Origin: a virus
IMG/VR virus record: IMGVR_UViG_3300045988_179062
Length of the DNA: 64,000 nt
Strand: one strand, 5' to 3'
Part shown: piece after piece, positions 18,207-28,185 of the stretch
Layout of the letters: each line of letters begins with the position of its first letter
Position numbering within the stretch: position 1 is the first letter of the stretch
Notes under the pieces: generated by a model
Told to the model about the DNA's origin: nothing
Database searches by the model: none
Seen by the model: only the letters and a program-made list of their open reading frames with translations
Program-made: the position numbers and the translations under genes

Positions 18207-19862
18207 ATGCAAATCACAAACCAGAAACCCGTCGAGCTGTCCCCAGTGTATGACGCTGTCATCACGGGGCAGTTCGAACCGGTTGATTACCTCAAAGAGA
18301 CGGTTATCAAACCGCTCATGACGCCACTGTCTCCATCGGCTCCCGTGCAGTTCTCTACCAACGGGAGCCAGCTGGATGAAGACAACCTGACGCAGTACGT
18401 GCTGAACTGTCTGACTGATACGTTCGACGCTGCCGCTGAAGCCGTCGCCAAGGATATGTTCCACAAGACCCTTGTCTACTTCGACAAGACCAGCGACCTG
18501 TCCATTCAGGACTTGTTCGCCATCCAGTCCGCGGTGAAGGAGCAGCTCCCTGCTCCGACGGCGCAGGTCGTCTATACGCCGGCCACCGACGTCATCCCGG
18601 CATGCCGTGAGTTCCTCGCCGGTATCTGCACGTATGACAAGCTGTTCGCGTCGCTAGACTTCTACGCGCGCCCGCAGGTGCTCGGCTTCTACTTCGCCAA
18701 CTCGACTGAGTTCGACAACTTCAAGACGTGGCTGAACGGTGAGCTGCAGGTACTCGGAAGCGCCCTTCCGCAGAACACCAATAAGCTGTTCGCTGATTTT
18801 CAGGCGCTGAACCTCAACGGTCTGACCGAGTCGCTCATCCTTCGCAACGATGACAACGAGAACAACGACCCTTGCAGCTTCGCACGTACGCTCGTCGCTC
18901 TGATGATGAAGTACACCAAGGCGACATCGCCTGCGCTGTATGGCGTCCTTCCGTTCCAGCTCGGTGAGCTGTATTGCCCGAAGGCTGTCGTGTTCGTCAA
19001 CATCGAGCGCCACAGCCGTGCAACGGCAAAGCAGGTCGCTGATGAGTGGCAGATTATCAACCAGTCTCAGCAGATGAAAATCAAGGTCGTATCCACCAAC
19101 AAGCTGAACAAGCTGACTGGTGCGGTTCGTGCCATGAAGAAAATCTCATCTGGCGCCGTTGCCGCCAACATGGCGCAGAACAACCCCGGCGTTGCCCGTG
19201 CCGCTCGCGCGAAATTCCGCAAGACGCAACCGACACAGACCGACTTGGTTCGAATCCTTCGCCGTGTCGTCAAGAAGATGGCTACTGTCGCAAAATCCGA
19301 GAACAGCTACAAGTCCGTCAAGATGTCCTTTGCCCGTCCGAACCGACGTGACCCGGACAACTTCAACTTGATGGGTAAGCTGGTTTCCACGAAGTACAAG
19401 CCCGACATCCATATCTATCTGGATACGTCAGGTTCTATCTCCGAGCGTAACTATCAGGATGCCATCAAGGCGCTCATCATCATGGCTCGCAAGATGAACG
19501 TGAACCTGTACTTCAACAGCTTCAGCCATTGTCTCAGCCAGTGCTCCCACCTTCGCACGAAGGACCGCTCGCTCAAAGAGGTCTACGCCGCCTTCCAGAA
19601 GATTCCGAAGGTTGACGGCGGCACCGACTACGAGCAGATTTGGCATTACATCAATGCCAGCAAGAAGCGTCGTCGCGAACTGTCCATCATCATGACGGAC
19701 TTCGAGTGGACCGCACCGAACCGCTATGTCAAGCATCCGAAGAACCTGTTCTACATCCCTATCTCGCATACGGATTGGCAGGGACTGACATACTGGGCCG
19801 ACAAGTTCGTCAAGAGCATGGCTCACATCGACCCCAACTGCAGAGCAAGACTGCTCTTTTAA
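18207..19862 (+). CDS. von Willebrand factor A (VWA) domain protein, CobT-like partner of the AAA_5 ATPase
   Basis: The C-terminal MIDAS motif is 'DTSGSIS', with 'GGTDY' and 'IIMTDFE' nearby. It lies immediately downstream of and co-directional with the AAA_5 gene (23-nt gap). Confidence 0.7.
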   Translation: MQITNQKPVELSPVYDAVITGQFEPVDYLKETVIKPLMTPLSPSAPVQFSTNGSQLDEDNLTQYVLNCLTDTFDAAAEAVAKDMFHKTLVYFDKTSDLSIQDLFAIQSAVKEQLPAPTAQVVYTPATDVIPACREFLAGICTYDKLFASLDFYARPQVLGFYFANSTEFDNFKTWLNGELQVLGSALPQNTNKLFADFQALNLNGLTESLILRNDDNENNDPCSFARTLVALMMKYTKATSPALYGVLPFQLGELYCPKAVVFVNIERHSRATAKQVADEWQIINQSQQMKIKVVSTNKLNKLTGAVRAMKKISSGAVAANMAQNNPGVARAARAKFRKTQPTQTDLVRILRRVVKKMATVAKSENSYKSVKMSFARPNRRDPDNFNLMGKLVSTKYKPDIHIYLDTSGSISERNYQDAIKALIIMARKMNVNLYFNSFSHCLSQCSHLRTKDRSLKEVYAAFQKIPKVDGGTDYEQIWHYINASKKRRRELSIIMTDFEWTAPNRYVKHPKNLFYIPISHTDWQGLTYWADKFVKSMAHIDPNCRARLLF

Positions 19863-19892
19863 GCGCTTTGGGAAGTCTCTCGCCACATAGGC

Positions 19893-19946
19893 AAGCCCCT
19901 CGTCCTATGGGCGAGGGGCGAGGGGCTTTCCGAAGCTATTCTTTTC
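19893..19946 (+). terminator. GC-rich hairpin with a T-rich tail
   Basis: The stem is GCCCCTCG...CGAGGGGC (the 3' arm is duplicated), followed by TTTCC...TTCTTTTC. Confidence 0.45.
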
Positions 19947-20036
19947 AGCGGATAACGAATGGTCAACCCACGCCTTACGGCAGAAAAATCCCACGACCAT
20001 CGCCGCTCAATGAGCTATCAGAAAGGAGAAATACAC

Positions 20037-21872
20037 ATGGGAATAAGCAATTTCACCGGTAATGGCAACAACACCGGAAACGGCAACAATGCCGGTGGTA
20101 ACGGCGGTGGTTTCCCGTTTTCGGCACCTCAGATGCCCAACCAGACCAATGATGATGCGACTGAGTATCTCATCAATTACAATGAACGTTTCAAGACCGC
20201 AGGGAACGCCATGTTCCGCGACGCCATCGTCAACCAGACCATGGCCGTACTTATCGGCAAGAACAAGCCGAACGCCCTGCTGGTCGGTTCCGCTGGCGTA
20301 GGCAAGACGAAAATCGTCGAGGACATCGCCTACCGCATCGAAAATAAGGACCCGTCCGTGCCGGACAAGCTGGCAGGCTATACCGTGTGGGAGCTTCCGC
20401 TCTCCAACATCGTGTCCGGTTCCAGCTACGTCGGTCAGCTTGAGGAAAAGCTCAAGACCGTCATCGAATTTGCCTGCGACAAGGCAAACAAGGTCATCCT
20501 GTTCATCGACGAGATTCATCAGCTTGTCGGCGAGTCCAGCGTCTACGGCAAGATTGCCCAGATTCTGAAGCCCGCACTCGCCCGTGGCGACATCAAGGTT
20601 ATTGGCGCCACCACGTTGCAGGAGTCCTCGCAACTGATGGACGACCCCGCTCTGAATCGTCGATTCTCTCGACTTATCGTCGATGAACTGACACAGGAGC
20701 AGACCGTTGAGGTGTTGCGCTGCGCACTGCCGGGCTACTTCGCCCACTATGGCAACTGCATCAGCGTAAACCAAGACATGTTGCCGACCATCGTCGCCAT
20801 CGCCGACCAATACGCGTCTGCAGGCAACCATCGCCCCGACACGGCTCTGACGCTGTTCGACCGCGCCTGCGGCGACGCCGTCATTGCCCGTAAGCAGAAG
20901 GAGCTTGCGCTCGCAAACGACCCGACCTTGCTGGCGGCACTCAAGCAGAACCCGCTCATCCCTATCACGGAGAAGCAGATTCGCACCACAGCGATGCATC
21001 TCATGACCGGAAATGCCGTGCATGAGAGCTTGGACGTCGACTCCCTGCGTGCACGTTTCGCCCGCATCAAGGGTCAGGACGACATCCTCGCGACCATCGT
21101 AGACCGTCTGAAGCGCAATGACTCCAACCTGTTCCCTCGCAAGCGTCCTCTGACCTTCCTGTTCGCTGGCGCATCCGGCGTCGGCAAGACCGAGGTCACG
21201 AAGATTATCGCCGAGGAGATGACAGGCGTGAAGCCCATCACGCTGAACATGGCGGAATACCACTCCCCTGCATCCATCAACCGCATCATCGGCGCACCTG
21301 CCGGTTACGTCGGTTCCGAATCCCACGCCGAACTTCCGTTTGACACGCTGGAGTCCAACCCCTATCAGGTCATCCTGCTCGATGAGTTCGAGAAGGCAGA
21401 CCGCAGCGTACAGCGCCTGTTCATGAACGCATTCGATGAGGGCAACATCAAGACCTCAAAGGGTCGCACCGTTGACTTCTCAAAGGCTATCATCATCGCC
21501 ACGACCAATGCGTCCCACACTACAGGCGCAACCCATGCGCTTGGCTTCGTGAGCGTCGGCGACAGCAAGGCGAACGCGCATCGCAACACCGTCGACACGC
21601 TTGCCAACTGGTTCGACACGGAGCTGCTCAACCGCTTCACAATGATTCTCACGTTCCACGAACTGAGCCGTGACGTATACCGCGACATCGTCGCTGACAT
21701 CTACAAGCGCGAAATCGCTCGTATCAAGCACGAATATCGCAGCGTGAAGATGGCAGATGAACTTGACGACGCTACGCTTGACACTATCGTGGATGAGACG
21801 TATGTACCGAAGTTCGGTGCGCGCCCTGCCGGCCGTGCCGTACAGGACTACATCGAATCCAACGCCATTTAA
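20037..21872 (+). CDS. ClpA/ClpB-like double-AAA+ ATPase lacking the N-domain and M-domain
   Basis: D1 is 'LVGSAGVGKTKIVEDIAYRI ... ILFIDEIHQLVG ... GATT'. D2 is 'FLFAGASGVGKTEV ... VILLDEFEKA ... NRFTMILTFHELS'. The N-terminus is a Gly/Asn-rich low-complexity region. The start is taken at 20037 (RBS GAAAGGAG); the track ORF begins at 19959. Confidence 0.75.
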   Translation: MGISNFTGNGNNTGNGNNAGGNGGGFPFSAPQMPNQTNDDATEYLINYNERFKTAGNAMFRDAIVNQTMAVLIGKNKPNALLVGSAGVGKTKIVEDIAYRIENKDPSVPDKLAGYTVWELPLSNIVSGSSYVGQLEEKLKTVIEFACDKANKVILFIDEIHQLVGESSVYGKIAQILKPALARGDIKVIGATTLQESSQLMDDPALNRRFSRLIVDELTQEQTVEVLRCALPGYFAHYGNCISVNQDMLPTIVAIADQYASAGNHRPDTALTLFDRACGDAVIARKQKELALANDPTLLAALKQNPLIPITEKQIRTTAMHLMTGNAVHESLDVDSLRARFARIKGQDDILATIVDRLKRNDSNLFPRKRPLTFLFAGASGVGKTEVTKIIAEEMTGVKPITLNMAEYHSPASINRIIGAPAGYVGSESHAELPFDTLESNPYQVILLDEFEKADRSVQRLFMNAFDEGNIKTSKGRTVDFSKAIIIATTNASHTTGATHALGFVSVGDSKANAHRNTVDTLANWFDTELLNRFTMILTFHELSRDVYRDIVADIYKREIARIKHEYRSVKMADELDDATLDTIVDETYVPKFGARPAGRAVQDYIESNAI

Positions 21873-21949
21873 CGCAGAAATACGGAAGGCGGGCTTTACG
21901 CCCGCCGACCGTGTATCTGAATCAACATACATGAAAGGAGACAACCAAA

Positions 21950-24859
21950 ATGCCAGTTATTCTCAATGACTTGACAAAGAATGTACCTATCAAGGTATAT
22001 TCGCCTAAGTTCTTCGACTCCAAACTCACCGGCACGGGTAAGAAAATCGGACTTCTCAACGAGGCCCGCAACCCTATCCACATAGACAAGTCGCAGAACA
22101 CCTCGAACGAGAATATCAACGTCTACAAACACCATTACTCCAATGGTCAGGCTGACGTGACGTTCGTTCCGTTCTATATCATCACACCCGATGCTTGGTC
22201 TTACATGACCCAGTTCAATCGTCCCGACCTGCAGGACCTTACCTGCTTTGCTAAAAAATCCAACACCGGCGGTCAGACGATGAAGATGTACTGCTCGATG
22301 GACGTTCACAGCATCGTGCTGGAAGAAATCGTCCCTCAGTATAAGAACGCCCCAACCAAGAAGAATCTGACGGCATGCTATCAGCTCTTCTTCTGGTGCA
22401 TCTCCGATGATGCAGACCCGTCTTGCGAGCAGGCATACGACGTTGACCGCATGGTCTACAATGCCCGCTATGGCGCAAACAACAACGCCTTCGCTCAGGT
22501 CATCACCTGCAACCCGATGCGCATGATTCAGAATGCCATCGGCACGCTAACCACGGAGGGTTGGACCGTCGACTCTCAGGCAATTCAGAACTTCATGCAG
22601 GACTACAGCCTCTACGATGGCATCTGCCGTCGCAGCGAGCAGTGGCAGACCACGATTCACGAGCTTCTTGACACGTTCTTCAAGAGTGTCGCCAACAGGC
22701 TCAGCAATGGAGTCAACAAGAACAATGCCCTCAACGAGGTAAGCCGTGTGCTTCACCGCATCGAGGACTACAACGTTCCTTTGGACCTGTACCGCAACAT
22801 CTACCACAGCCTGTCTGCGAACTTCCATGCAGACGACGCCACGGTGCTCTGCAAGCAGAATCTGAACCTGTTGCTGTCCGATACGCTGAACAACCTCAAT
22901 CAGAACAAGGCTCAGCTGACTTGCCTGCCGACCCCGGCAAAGCCCGTCCAGCTCGACTCGTACTTCTCCCGCGAACAGCGCGATGCAATCTCGACTACCG
23001 AGCCGCTCGTCCTTGTTCAGGCAGGTGCGGGTACCGGTAAGTCCACAGTCGTTCTCGCGCGAATCCAGTACATGGTCGATTGCGGAATCCCTCCGCAGGA
23101 CATCACCGTGCTGAGCTTCACCAATGCTGCCGCCGACCACATCACGGACAAGAACCCTTACGTTCACTCCATGACCATCGCCAGCATGATTCACACGATT
23201 TATACGGCCAACTTCAAGGGTCACGAGCTATCCAGCATTGATACCATCATCAACTCGCTCGACATCTACTTCCCGAACGACGACTTCGCCTATGACTTCC
23301 GCCGTAAGTTGCAGAGCGTTCAGAAGAACGACCGTGACAGCTTCACTCGCATGAACAACTTCATCGAGCGCCACTACGACGAGGTCATGAAGGTGCTTGA
23401 CACCATCGGCCAGACGTCGCTTGAACTGGAAATCATCATCTGCTACCAGCAGATTGAGAACCTTGTGGAACCACCGGAGGTTCAGAGCCGCTACCTCATC
23501 ATCGACGAGGTGCAGGACAACTCCATCTTCGAGTTCGTCTATACGCTCAAGTACGTCGACAAGCACAAGGAATCCCTGTTCATGGTGGGCGACTGCTCCC
23601 AGACGCTGTACGAGTTCCGTGCATCCAACCCGAAGGCACTGAATGTGCTGGAAGGCTCCGGTGTGTTCGCTACGTATCAGCTGCAGACCAACTACCGCTC
23701 GAATCAGGAGATTCTGGACTTCGCCAACGTGACGCTGTCCAACATCGAGGCGAACCAGTACGCTCACATCCAGCTTCAGGCCAACAGCTTGGCGCCGGTA
23801 ACCGAGCAGTCGTTCCAAGAGAAGGTCCGCCTGCATTACGAGCAGTTGAGCCGTATCAGCGAGTTCAACGATGCGTTGCACGGCATCTTCGCAACCAAGC
23901 TCTACAAGTACATCGAAGAGAAACTTGTCGCTGGAGAGCAGATTGCGTTCCTCGCATACACGCGCTTCCACGTGAACCTTATGCGAGAAATCGTCGAGAA
24001 GATGTATCCCAACGCGACGACGGCGAACCTCGTGCCCGACAAGGTCTACAACGCGACTGTCTTCTCTGAGTTCATCAAGCGCTACTGGGGAGACGTCAAG
24101 TTCGTACCGAGTCGTTCCATCATGGTTATCATCTCGCAGGAGATTATCCAGCGTCTGGACTCCCTTGTCTACGACAAGAACAAGTCACTCAACCATGTGA
24201 AGAAGCTGATTTCCGACTGGGTCAACGAGAATCGTGCCACGGTCGGCGTATGGCAGAACGAGCTTGCCGCCGGTCGCATGTCGCAGGACGCATTCCTGTC
24301 CAACGTGCGAAACAACATGTTGCAGTTCGAGATTAAGCACAACGCCATCCGCCAGTCGCTGGTCAGTGCCCGTAACCAGCAGAACAAGCAGAACCAGAAC
24401 GTCAACACGGCGAACTTCCTGTTCTCAACGATTCACAGCGCCAAGGGCTTGGAGTTCGAAAACACGGTCGTCCTCTATCAGGCGAAGAACGACATGGACG
24501 AGGAAAAGAAACGTATGTACTACGTCGCCTTCACTCGCGCCATGAAGTCCGAATACATCGTGGCTTACGACACGGTGGTAACGCCTAAGATTCAGGCTGA
24601 CTACGAAGCCATTCTGGAAAATCTGCACGACAAGGCACAGGGCAGCCAGCTTCAGCAGGCTGACCGTGACGTCACGGTCGTTACCACCGGCGAAGAGTCC
24701 ACCGAGGACATCCTCGAAGCCATCGAAGAGACGGCAGATGCCGTCGCCGATGACAAAGCTGACAATCTCCCGATTGCCGAAATCAAGACTGGTGCCCTCG
24801 CCATCAAGGCACCCGCCGAAATCGTCAAGGTCGACACGACTGACGACGACAACAACTAA
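21950..24859 (+). CDS. UvrD/Rep-like SF1 helicase with a ~330-aa N-terminal domain of unknown function
   Basis: Motif I is 'LVQAGAGTGKSTV'. 'LSFTNAAADHI' and 'YLIIDEVQD' (motif II) follow. C-terminal 'FSTIHSAKGLEFENTVVLY' is motif VI. The N-terminal third has no recognisable motif. The tail is acidic. Confidence 0.75.
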   Translation: MPVILNDLTKNVPIKVYSPKFFDSKLTGTGKKIGLLNEARNPIHIDKSQNTSNENINVYKHHYSNGQADVTFVPFYIITPDAWSYMTQFNRPDLQDLTCFAKKSNTGGQTMKMYCSMDVHSIVLEEIVPQYKNAPTKKNLTACYQLFFWCISDDADPSCEQAYDVDRMVYNARYGANNNAFAQVITCNPMRMIQNAIGTLTTEGWTVDSQAIQNFMQDYSLYDGICRRSEQWQTTIHELLDTFFKSVANRLSNGVNKNNALNEVSRVLHRIEDYNVPLDLYRNIYHSLSANFHADDATVLCKQNLNLLLSDTLNNLNQNKAQLTCLPTPAKPVQLDSYFSREQRDAISTTEPLVLVQAGAGTGKSTVVLARIQYMVDCGIPPQDITVLSFTNAAADHITDKNPYVHSMTIASMIHTIYTANFKGHELSSIDTIINSLDIYFPNDDFAYDFRRKLQSVQKNDRDSFTRMNNFIERHYDEVMKVLDTIGQTSLELEIIICYQQIENLVEPPEVQSRYLIIDEVQDNSIFEFVYTLKYVDKHKESLFMVGDCSQTLYEFRASNPKALNVLEGSGVFATYQLQTNYRSNQEILDFANVTLSNIEANQYAHIQLQANSLAPVTEQSFQEKVRLHYEQLSRISEFNDALHGIFATKLYKYIEEKLVAGEQIAFLAYTRFHVNLMREIVEKMYPNATTANLVPDKVYNATVFSEFIKRYWGDVKFVPSRSIMVIISQEIIQRLDSLVYDKNKSLNHVKKLISDWVNENRATVGVWQNELAAGRMSQDAFLSNVRNNMLQFEIKHNAIRQSLVSARNQQNKQNQNVNTANFLFSTIHSAKGLEFENTVVLYQAKNDMDEEKKRMYYVAFTRAMKSEYIVAYDTVVTPKIQADYEAILENLHDKAQGSQLQQADRDVTVVTTGEESTEDILEAIEETADAVADDKADNLPIAEIKTGALAIKAPAEIVKVDTTDDDNN

Positions 24860-24865
24860 CCATCA

Positions 24866-24897
24866 GGGCGGGCGGCAACAGACCGCCCGCCTTTATC
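24866..24897 (+). terminator. Rho-independent terminator
   Basis: The stem is GGGCGGGCGG / CCGCCCGCC, followed by TTTATCTAT. Confidence 0.55.
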
Positions 24898-24920
24898 TAT
24901 ATCAAAGGAGACCACCGACA

Positions 24921-25499
24921 ATGAACGATAAAATCCTAAAAGGAGACATCTTTTATATACGCAGCTCTGACACTGTTCCCCCGATAGGATGTGAGATATG
25001 GTCGGACCGTCCTGCGTTGGTGGTGAGCAATAACACGACAAATCAGACTGCAGGCGCAATCGAAATCGTGTATCTGTCCACCTCGATGCACAAGCGTCCC
25101 TCACCTCTCCACGTCCGTGTTCAATCCGGCAACCGCAATGCCATTGCCATGTGCGGACAAATTCACAGCGTCGACAAGAGCCGTCTTGTACAAAAGCTGG
25201 GTTCCATCACACCGAAGGAGCTTGAGACCATCGACAAAGCCCTATGCTTCTCGCTGGGAATCCAGCACGAGAACTATCGCTCCCTCTTCAAGAAGTGGGA
25301 GAACTACATCCGCGAGTACCATATCCCCGTCATCGAGGAAATCGAATCCATGGCGGCCGCCACGATGGATGACGCATTCTCTGTCCTCAGGCGCCAGATT
25401 TCCGTGCTGACGAAGGAACGGGATGGTTATAAAGCTCTCGCAGAGGCCCGAGAGGAACAGCTGAATGCAATTCAGTTGCAAAATATTCATACCGAATAA
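24921..25499 (+). CDS. MazF/PemK/EndoA-family endoribonuclease toxin fused to a ~75-aa C-terminal coiled-coil extension
   Basis: Residues 1-115 align along their full length with EndoA/Kid. 'GDIFYIRS...RPALVVSNNTTNQ' matches 'GDVYFADL...RPVLVIQNDIGNR'. 'MCGQIHSVDKSRLVQKLGSITPKELETIDKALCFSLGI' matches '..[35 protein letters not shown]'. RBS AAAGGAG is upstream. No MazE-like small gene lies on either side. Confidence 0.7.
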   Translation: MNDKILKGDIFYIRSSDTVPPIGCEIWSDRPALVVSNNTTNQTAGAIEIVYLSTSMHKRPSPLHVRVQSGNRNAIAMCGQIHSVDKSRLVQKLGSITPKELETIDKALCFSLGIQHENYRSLFKKWENYIREYHIPVIEEIESMAAATMDDAFSVLRRQISVLTKERDGYKALAEAREEQLNAIQLQNIHTE

Positions 25500-25513
25500 G
25501 AAAGGAAATTATT

Positions 25514-26491
25514 ATGTCTATCAATCTTGGAACCCCAATCAAAACCAACTTGAAGCCGGAACTGTACGCTATCACCCCAGAGATTGCAGCACAGTTGCTC
25601 CGCAATACCGAAGACAATCCACGTACCGCCACAAAGGGCGTCTACTATCGCTACGCTGAAGACATGCGCCTTGGACTTTGGCAGCCCGGTGGTGTCGATA
25701 TGATTGCTATCGACCACAACGGTTGCCTCATCAACGGTCAAAATCGTATGCAAGCAGTCGTTGCCAGCGGAACCACTCAGGAATTTTGGGTGATTCAGAA
25801 CGTTGAGCCAGACTATTGCGATAACACCGACAGCGGCAAGAAACGTCGTCTGAAAGACTACATCAACATCCGCACAAAGCAGAAGAACTGCGGTGTTACC
25901 GACATCTTCGAAACGCTTCTTCCTCGTATGTACACGTTCATCCACGGAAGCGACAGTCTCGGAAATGCCATGAACGCACGCGGACATCGTAACGTAAGCA
26001 TATCTCGTTCACAGGCACTGTCTGTGCTCGAAGAGAGCTTCGACGAAATGTTCTACTATGCAACCCGCGCAAAGGGTATCTGCAAGGCACACTTCGAGAA
26101 CAAGAACCGAGGATATGTCGCCACTGCGCTCATGTTCATTAACAAGCTCGGGCAATCTGACCGACTGGACGAGTTCTGCCATCAGATGGATGCGGTAACC
26201 ACGGAACATCCCGCTATCATTGAGACATGGGCGCGTCTGCGCACCGTGCAGGAGCCAGCAAGGGCGATGAACATCGACGTACAGAAATACGTCATCTTCA
26301 CCATTTTGGCTGCATACGAGTTGTTCCTACAGGATGACACCCGCATGTCACCTCGACAGATTACCAGCAGCATGAACAACCTTGGCGATGTTGCCTACAA
26401 GTACGACCGTCTGTTTATGATGAAGTACAACGACGGCGCAGTAAACCCCAACTCTTTCGCGTTGAAGATGCAGGCGCAACTCAGAAGCTAA
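25514..26491 (+). CDS. ParB/sulfiredoxin-like nuclease-domain protein (tentative)
   Basis: 'IAIDHNGCLINGQNRMQAVV' resembles the ParB/Srx 'DGxHR / DGQQR' box. The remainder is unrecognised. Confidence 0.35.
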   Translation: MSINLGTPIKTNLKPELYAITPEIAAQLLRNTEDNPRTATKGVYYRYAEDMRLGLWQPGGVDMIAIDHNGCLINGQNRMQAVVASGTTQEFWVIQNVEPDYCDNTDSGKKRRLKDYINIRTKQKNCGVTDIFETLLPRMYTFIHGSDSLGNAMNARGHRNVSISRSQALSVLEESFDEMFYYATRAKGICKAHFENKNRGYVATALMFINKLGQSDRLDEFCHQMDAVTTEHPAIIETWARLRTVQEPARAMNIDVQKYVIFTILAAYELFLQDDTRMSPRQITSSMNNLGDVAYKYDRLFMMKYNDGAVNPNSFALKMQAQLRS

Positions 26492-26510
26492 CAACGCATA
26501 GCGCGCATAA

Positions 26511-26545
26511 CAGGCGCCCTCTTCACAAAGAGGGCGCCATAATTA
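26511..26545 (+). terminator. Rho-independent terminator
   Basis: An 11-bp stem, GGCGCCCTCTT / AAGAGGGCGCC, is followed by an AT-rich tract. Confidence 0.55.
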
Positions 26546-26566
26546 TTCAAAGAAAGGAGATGTGCC

Positions 26567-26893
26567 ATGCATTACGACGCCAGACAGGCAGTCAACAAAG
26601 ACAAAGCGAAGCTCGTCGATAACACCATCCGCCTCACATCGGCGCAAATCCGAGACCGCTACGGCATTCGACCGGGCCTCATCACCCTTGAGACGGTGCG
26701 CATCTACGGCACACCCTATGAAATCGACATCAAGCTCGTCGCATCCACCGATGACGACGCCACACCTTGGTCCGAAGCCGTGCTGTTCCGCTACGGACAC
26801 AAAGTCGCCGTGACCGAGGTCTGTGACGAGTTCTTCGGCACATGGGAGCTTGCATACGATGAGGACAGCTTCACCATCGAGCTGACTCGATAG
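26567..26893 (+). CDS. hypothetical protein
   Basis: A strong RBS, GAAAGGAG, is present. No motif is recognised. Confidence 0.5.
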   Translation: MHYDARQAVNKDKAKLVDNTIRLTSAQIRDRYGIRPGLITLETVRIYGTPYEIDIKLVASTDDDATPWSEAVLFRYGHKVAVTEVCDEFFGTWELAYDEDSFTIELTR

Positions 26894-26937
26894 GCTTGCC
26901 CGTACCTCATCTCACACAACAGAAAGGAGGAAATCAC

Positions 26938-28167
26938 ATGCCACTCGCAGACCGCTGTCGTCCGAAGACATTCGACGACATGGCTGGACAGCAGCACTTG
27001 GTCGGTCCCGGCGGGATTCTCCGCAACATGGCCGACAACCACAACCTGCAGTCCATCATCTTCTATGGCCCGCCCGGAACGGGCAAGACCACCGCCGCGC
27101 TCATCCTCGCGGAAAGCGCAGGAAAGCCGTTGCACAAGCTCAACGGCGTATCGGCGAGCACCAAGGACATCAAAGCCATCGCCGATGGCGCACCGGACAC
27201 GGGCTGTGTGCTGTACTTGGATGAAATCCAATACTTCAACAAGCGCCAGCAACAGACCCTGCTCCCCTACATCGAGTCAGGCGTCATCACACTCATCGCA
27301 TCCACGACGGAAAACCCCTATCACGATGTCTACGATGCCATCCTGTCTCGATGCATCGTCGTCGAGTTCAAACGACTCACACCGGACGATATCTATATGA
27401 GACTCGTAAATGCCGTTTTAAGCCCCGAAATCGGTTTAGGAAACATCTGTACCGATGTACTCCATTTCGTAGCTCAGATAGCCTCTGGTGACGTCAGACG
27501 GGCATTTAACACCGTCGAACTTATCGTCGCACAGTACGGAGACCGTCTGGACACCGTGACGATTGACGACGTGAAGGCCCTGCTGCCGTCTGCCCAGATG
27601 GCAGGCTTCGACATGGACGGCGACAATCACTACGCTTACATCGCCGCCCTGCAGAAATCCATTCGAGGCTCCGACCCCGATGCCGCCGTCTTCTGGCTCA
27701 CCAAGCTCCTGTCGGGAGGCGACATCATCAGCCCATCCCGTCGCATGCTGGTCATGGCTTACGAAGACATCGGACTGGCCGCGCCGGAAGTCGCCGGATA
27801 TGTCCTTGCCTGCGTGCAGTCAGCCGAGATGCTCGGCTTGCCCGAAGCATACAAGCCACTAACGCAGGCCGCTCTCCTGCTCGCGCTGGCACCGAAATCC
27901 AACAGCAATGAACCGGCGTACATGAGCGCACAGGAAGACATCCGCCACGGACTCGGAGCGACTGTGCCAAAGCACATCAGCAAAGAGTGCCCGCCGGGAT
28001 ATGTCTACCCGCACGACTTCGTCAACCACTGGTGCCCACAGCAGTACATGCCCGACGACCTCATCGGACGGCGCTACTACGTGCCGGGCGACAACCAGTA
28101 CGAACAGGGTCTCGACGCCTACTGGAAGCACATCAAGTCCCTGCCAGCGACGAGACGCAACCGATAA
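26938..28167 (+). CDS. rarA: replication-associated recombination protein A (RarA/MgsA-type AAA+ ATPase)
   Basis: 'RPKTFDDMAGQQHLVGPGGILRN' is the RarA N-terminal signature. The Walker A is 'FYGPPGTGKTTAA' and the Walker B is 'VLYLDEIQYFNKRQQ'. Sensor-2 is 'ILSRC'. The start is ATG at 26938 after GAAAGGAGG. Confidence 0.8.
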   Translation: MPLADRCRPKTFDDMAGQQHLVGPGGILRNMADNHNLQSIIFYGPPGTGKTTAALILAESAGKPLHKLNGVSASTKDIKAIADGAPDTGCVLYLDEIQYFNKRQQQTLLPYIESGVITLIASTTENPYHDVYDAILSRCIVVEFKRLTPDDIYMRLVNAVLSPEIGLGNICTDVLHFVAQIASGDVRRAFNTVELIVAQYGDRLDTVTIDDVKALLPSAQMAGFDMDGDNHYAYIAALQKSIRGSDPDAAVFWLTKLLSGGDIISPSRRMLVMAYEDIGLAAPEVAGYVLACVQSAEMLGLPEAYKPLTQAALLLALAPKSNSNEPAYMSAQEDIRHGLGATVPKHISKECPPGYVYPHDFVNHWCPQQYMPDDLIGRRYYVPGDNQYEQGLDAYWKHIKSLPATRRNR

Positions 28168-28185
28168 CCGAAAGGAACGAAACCC

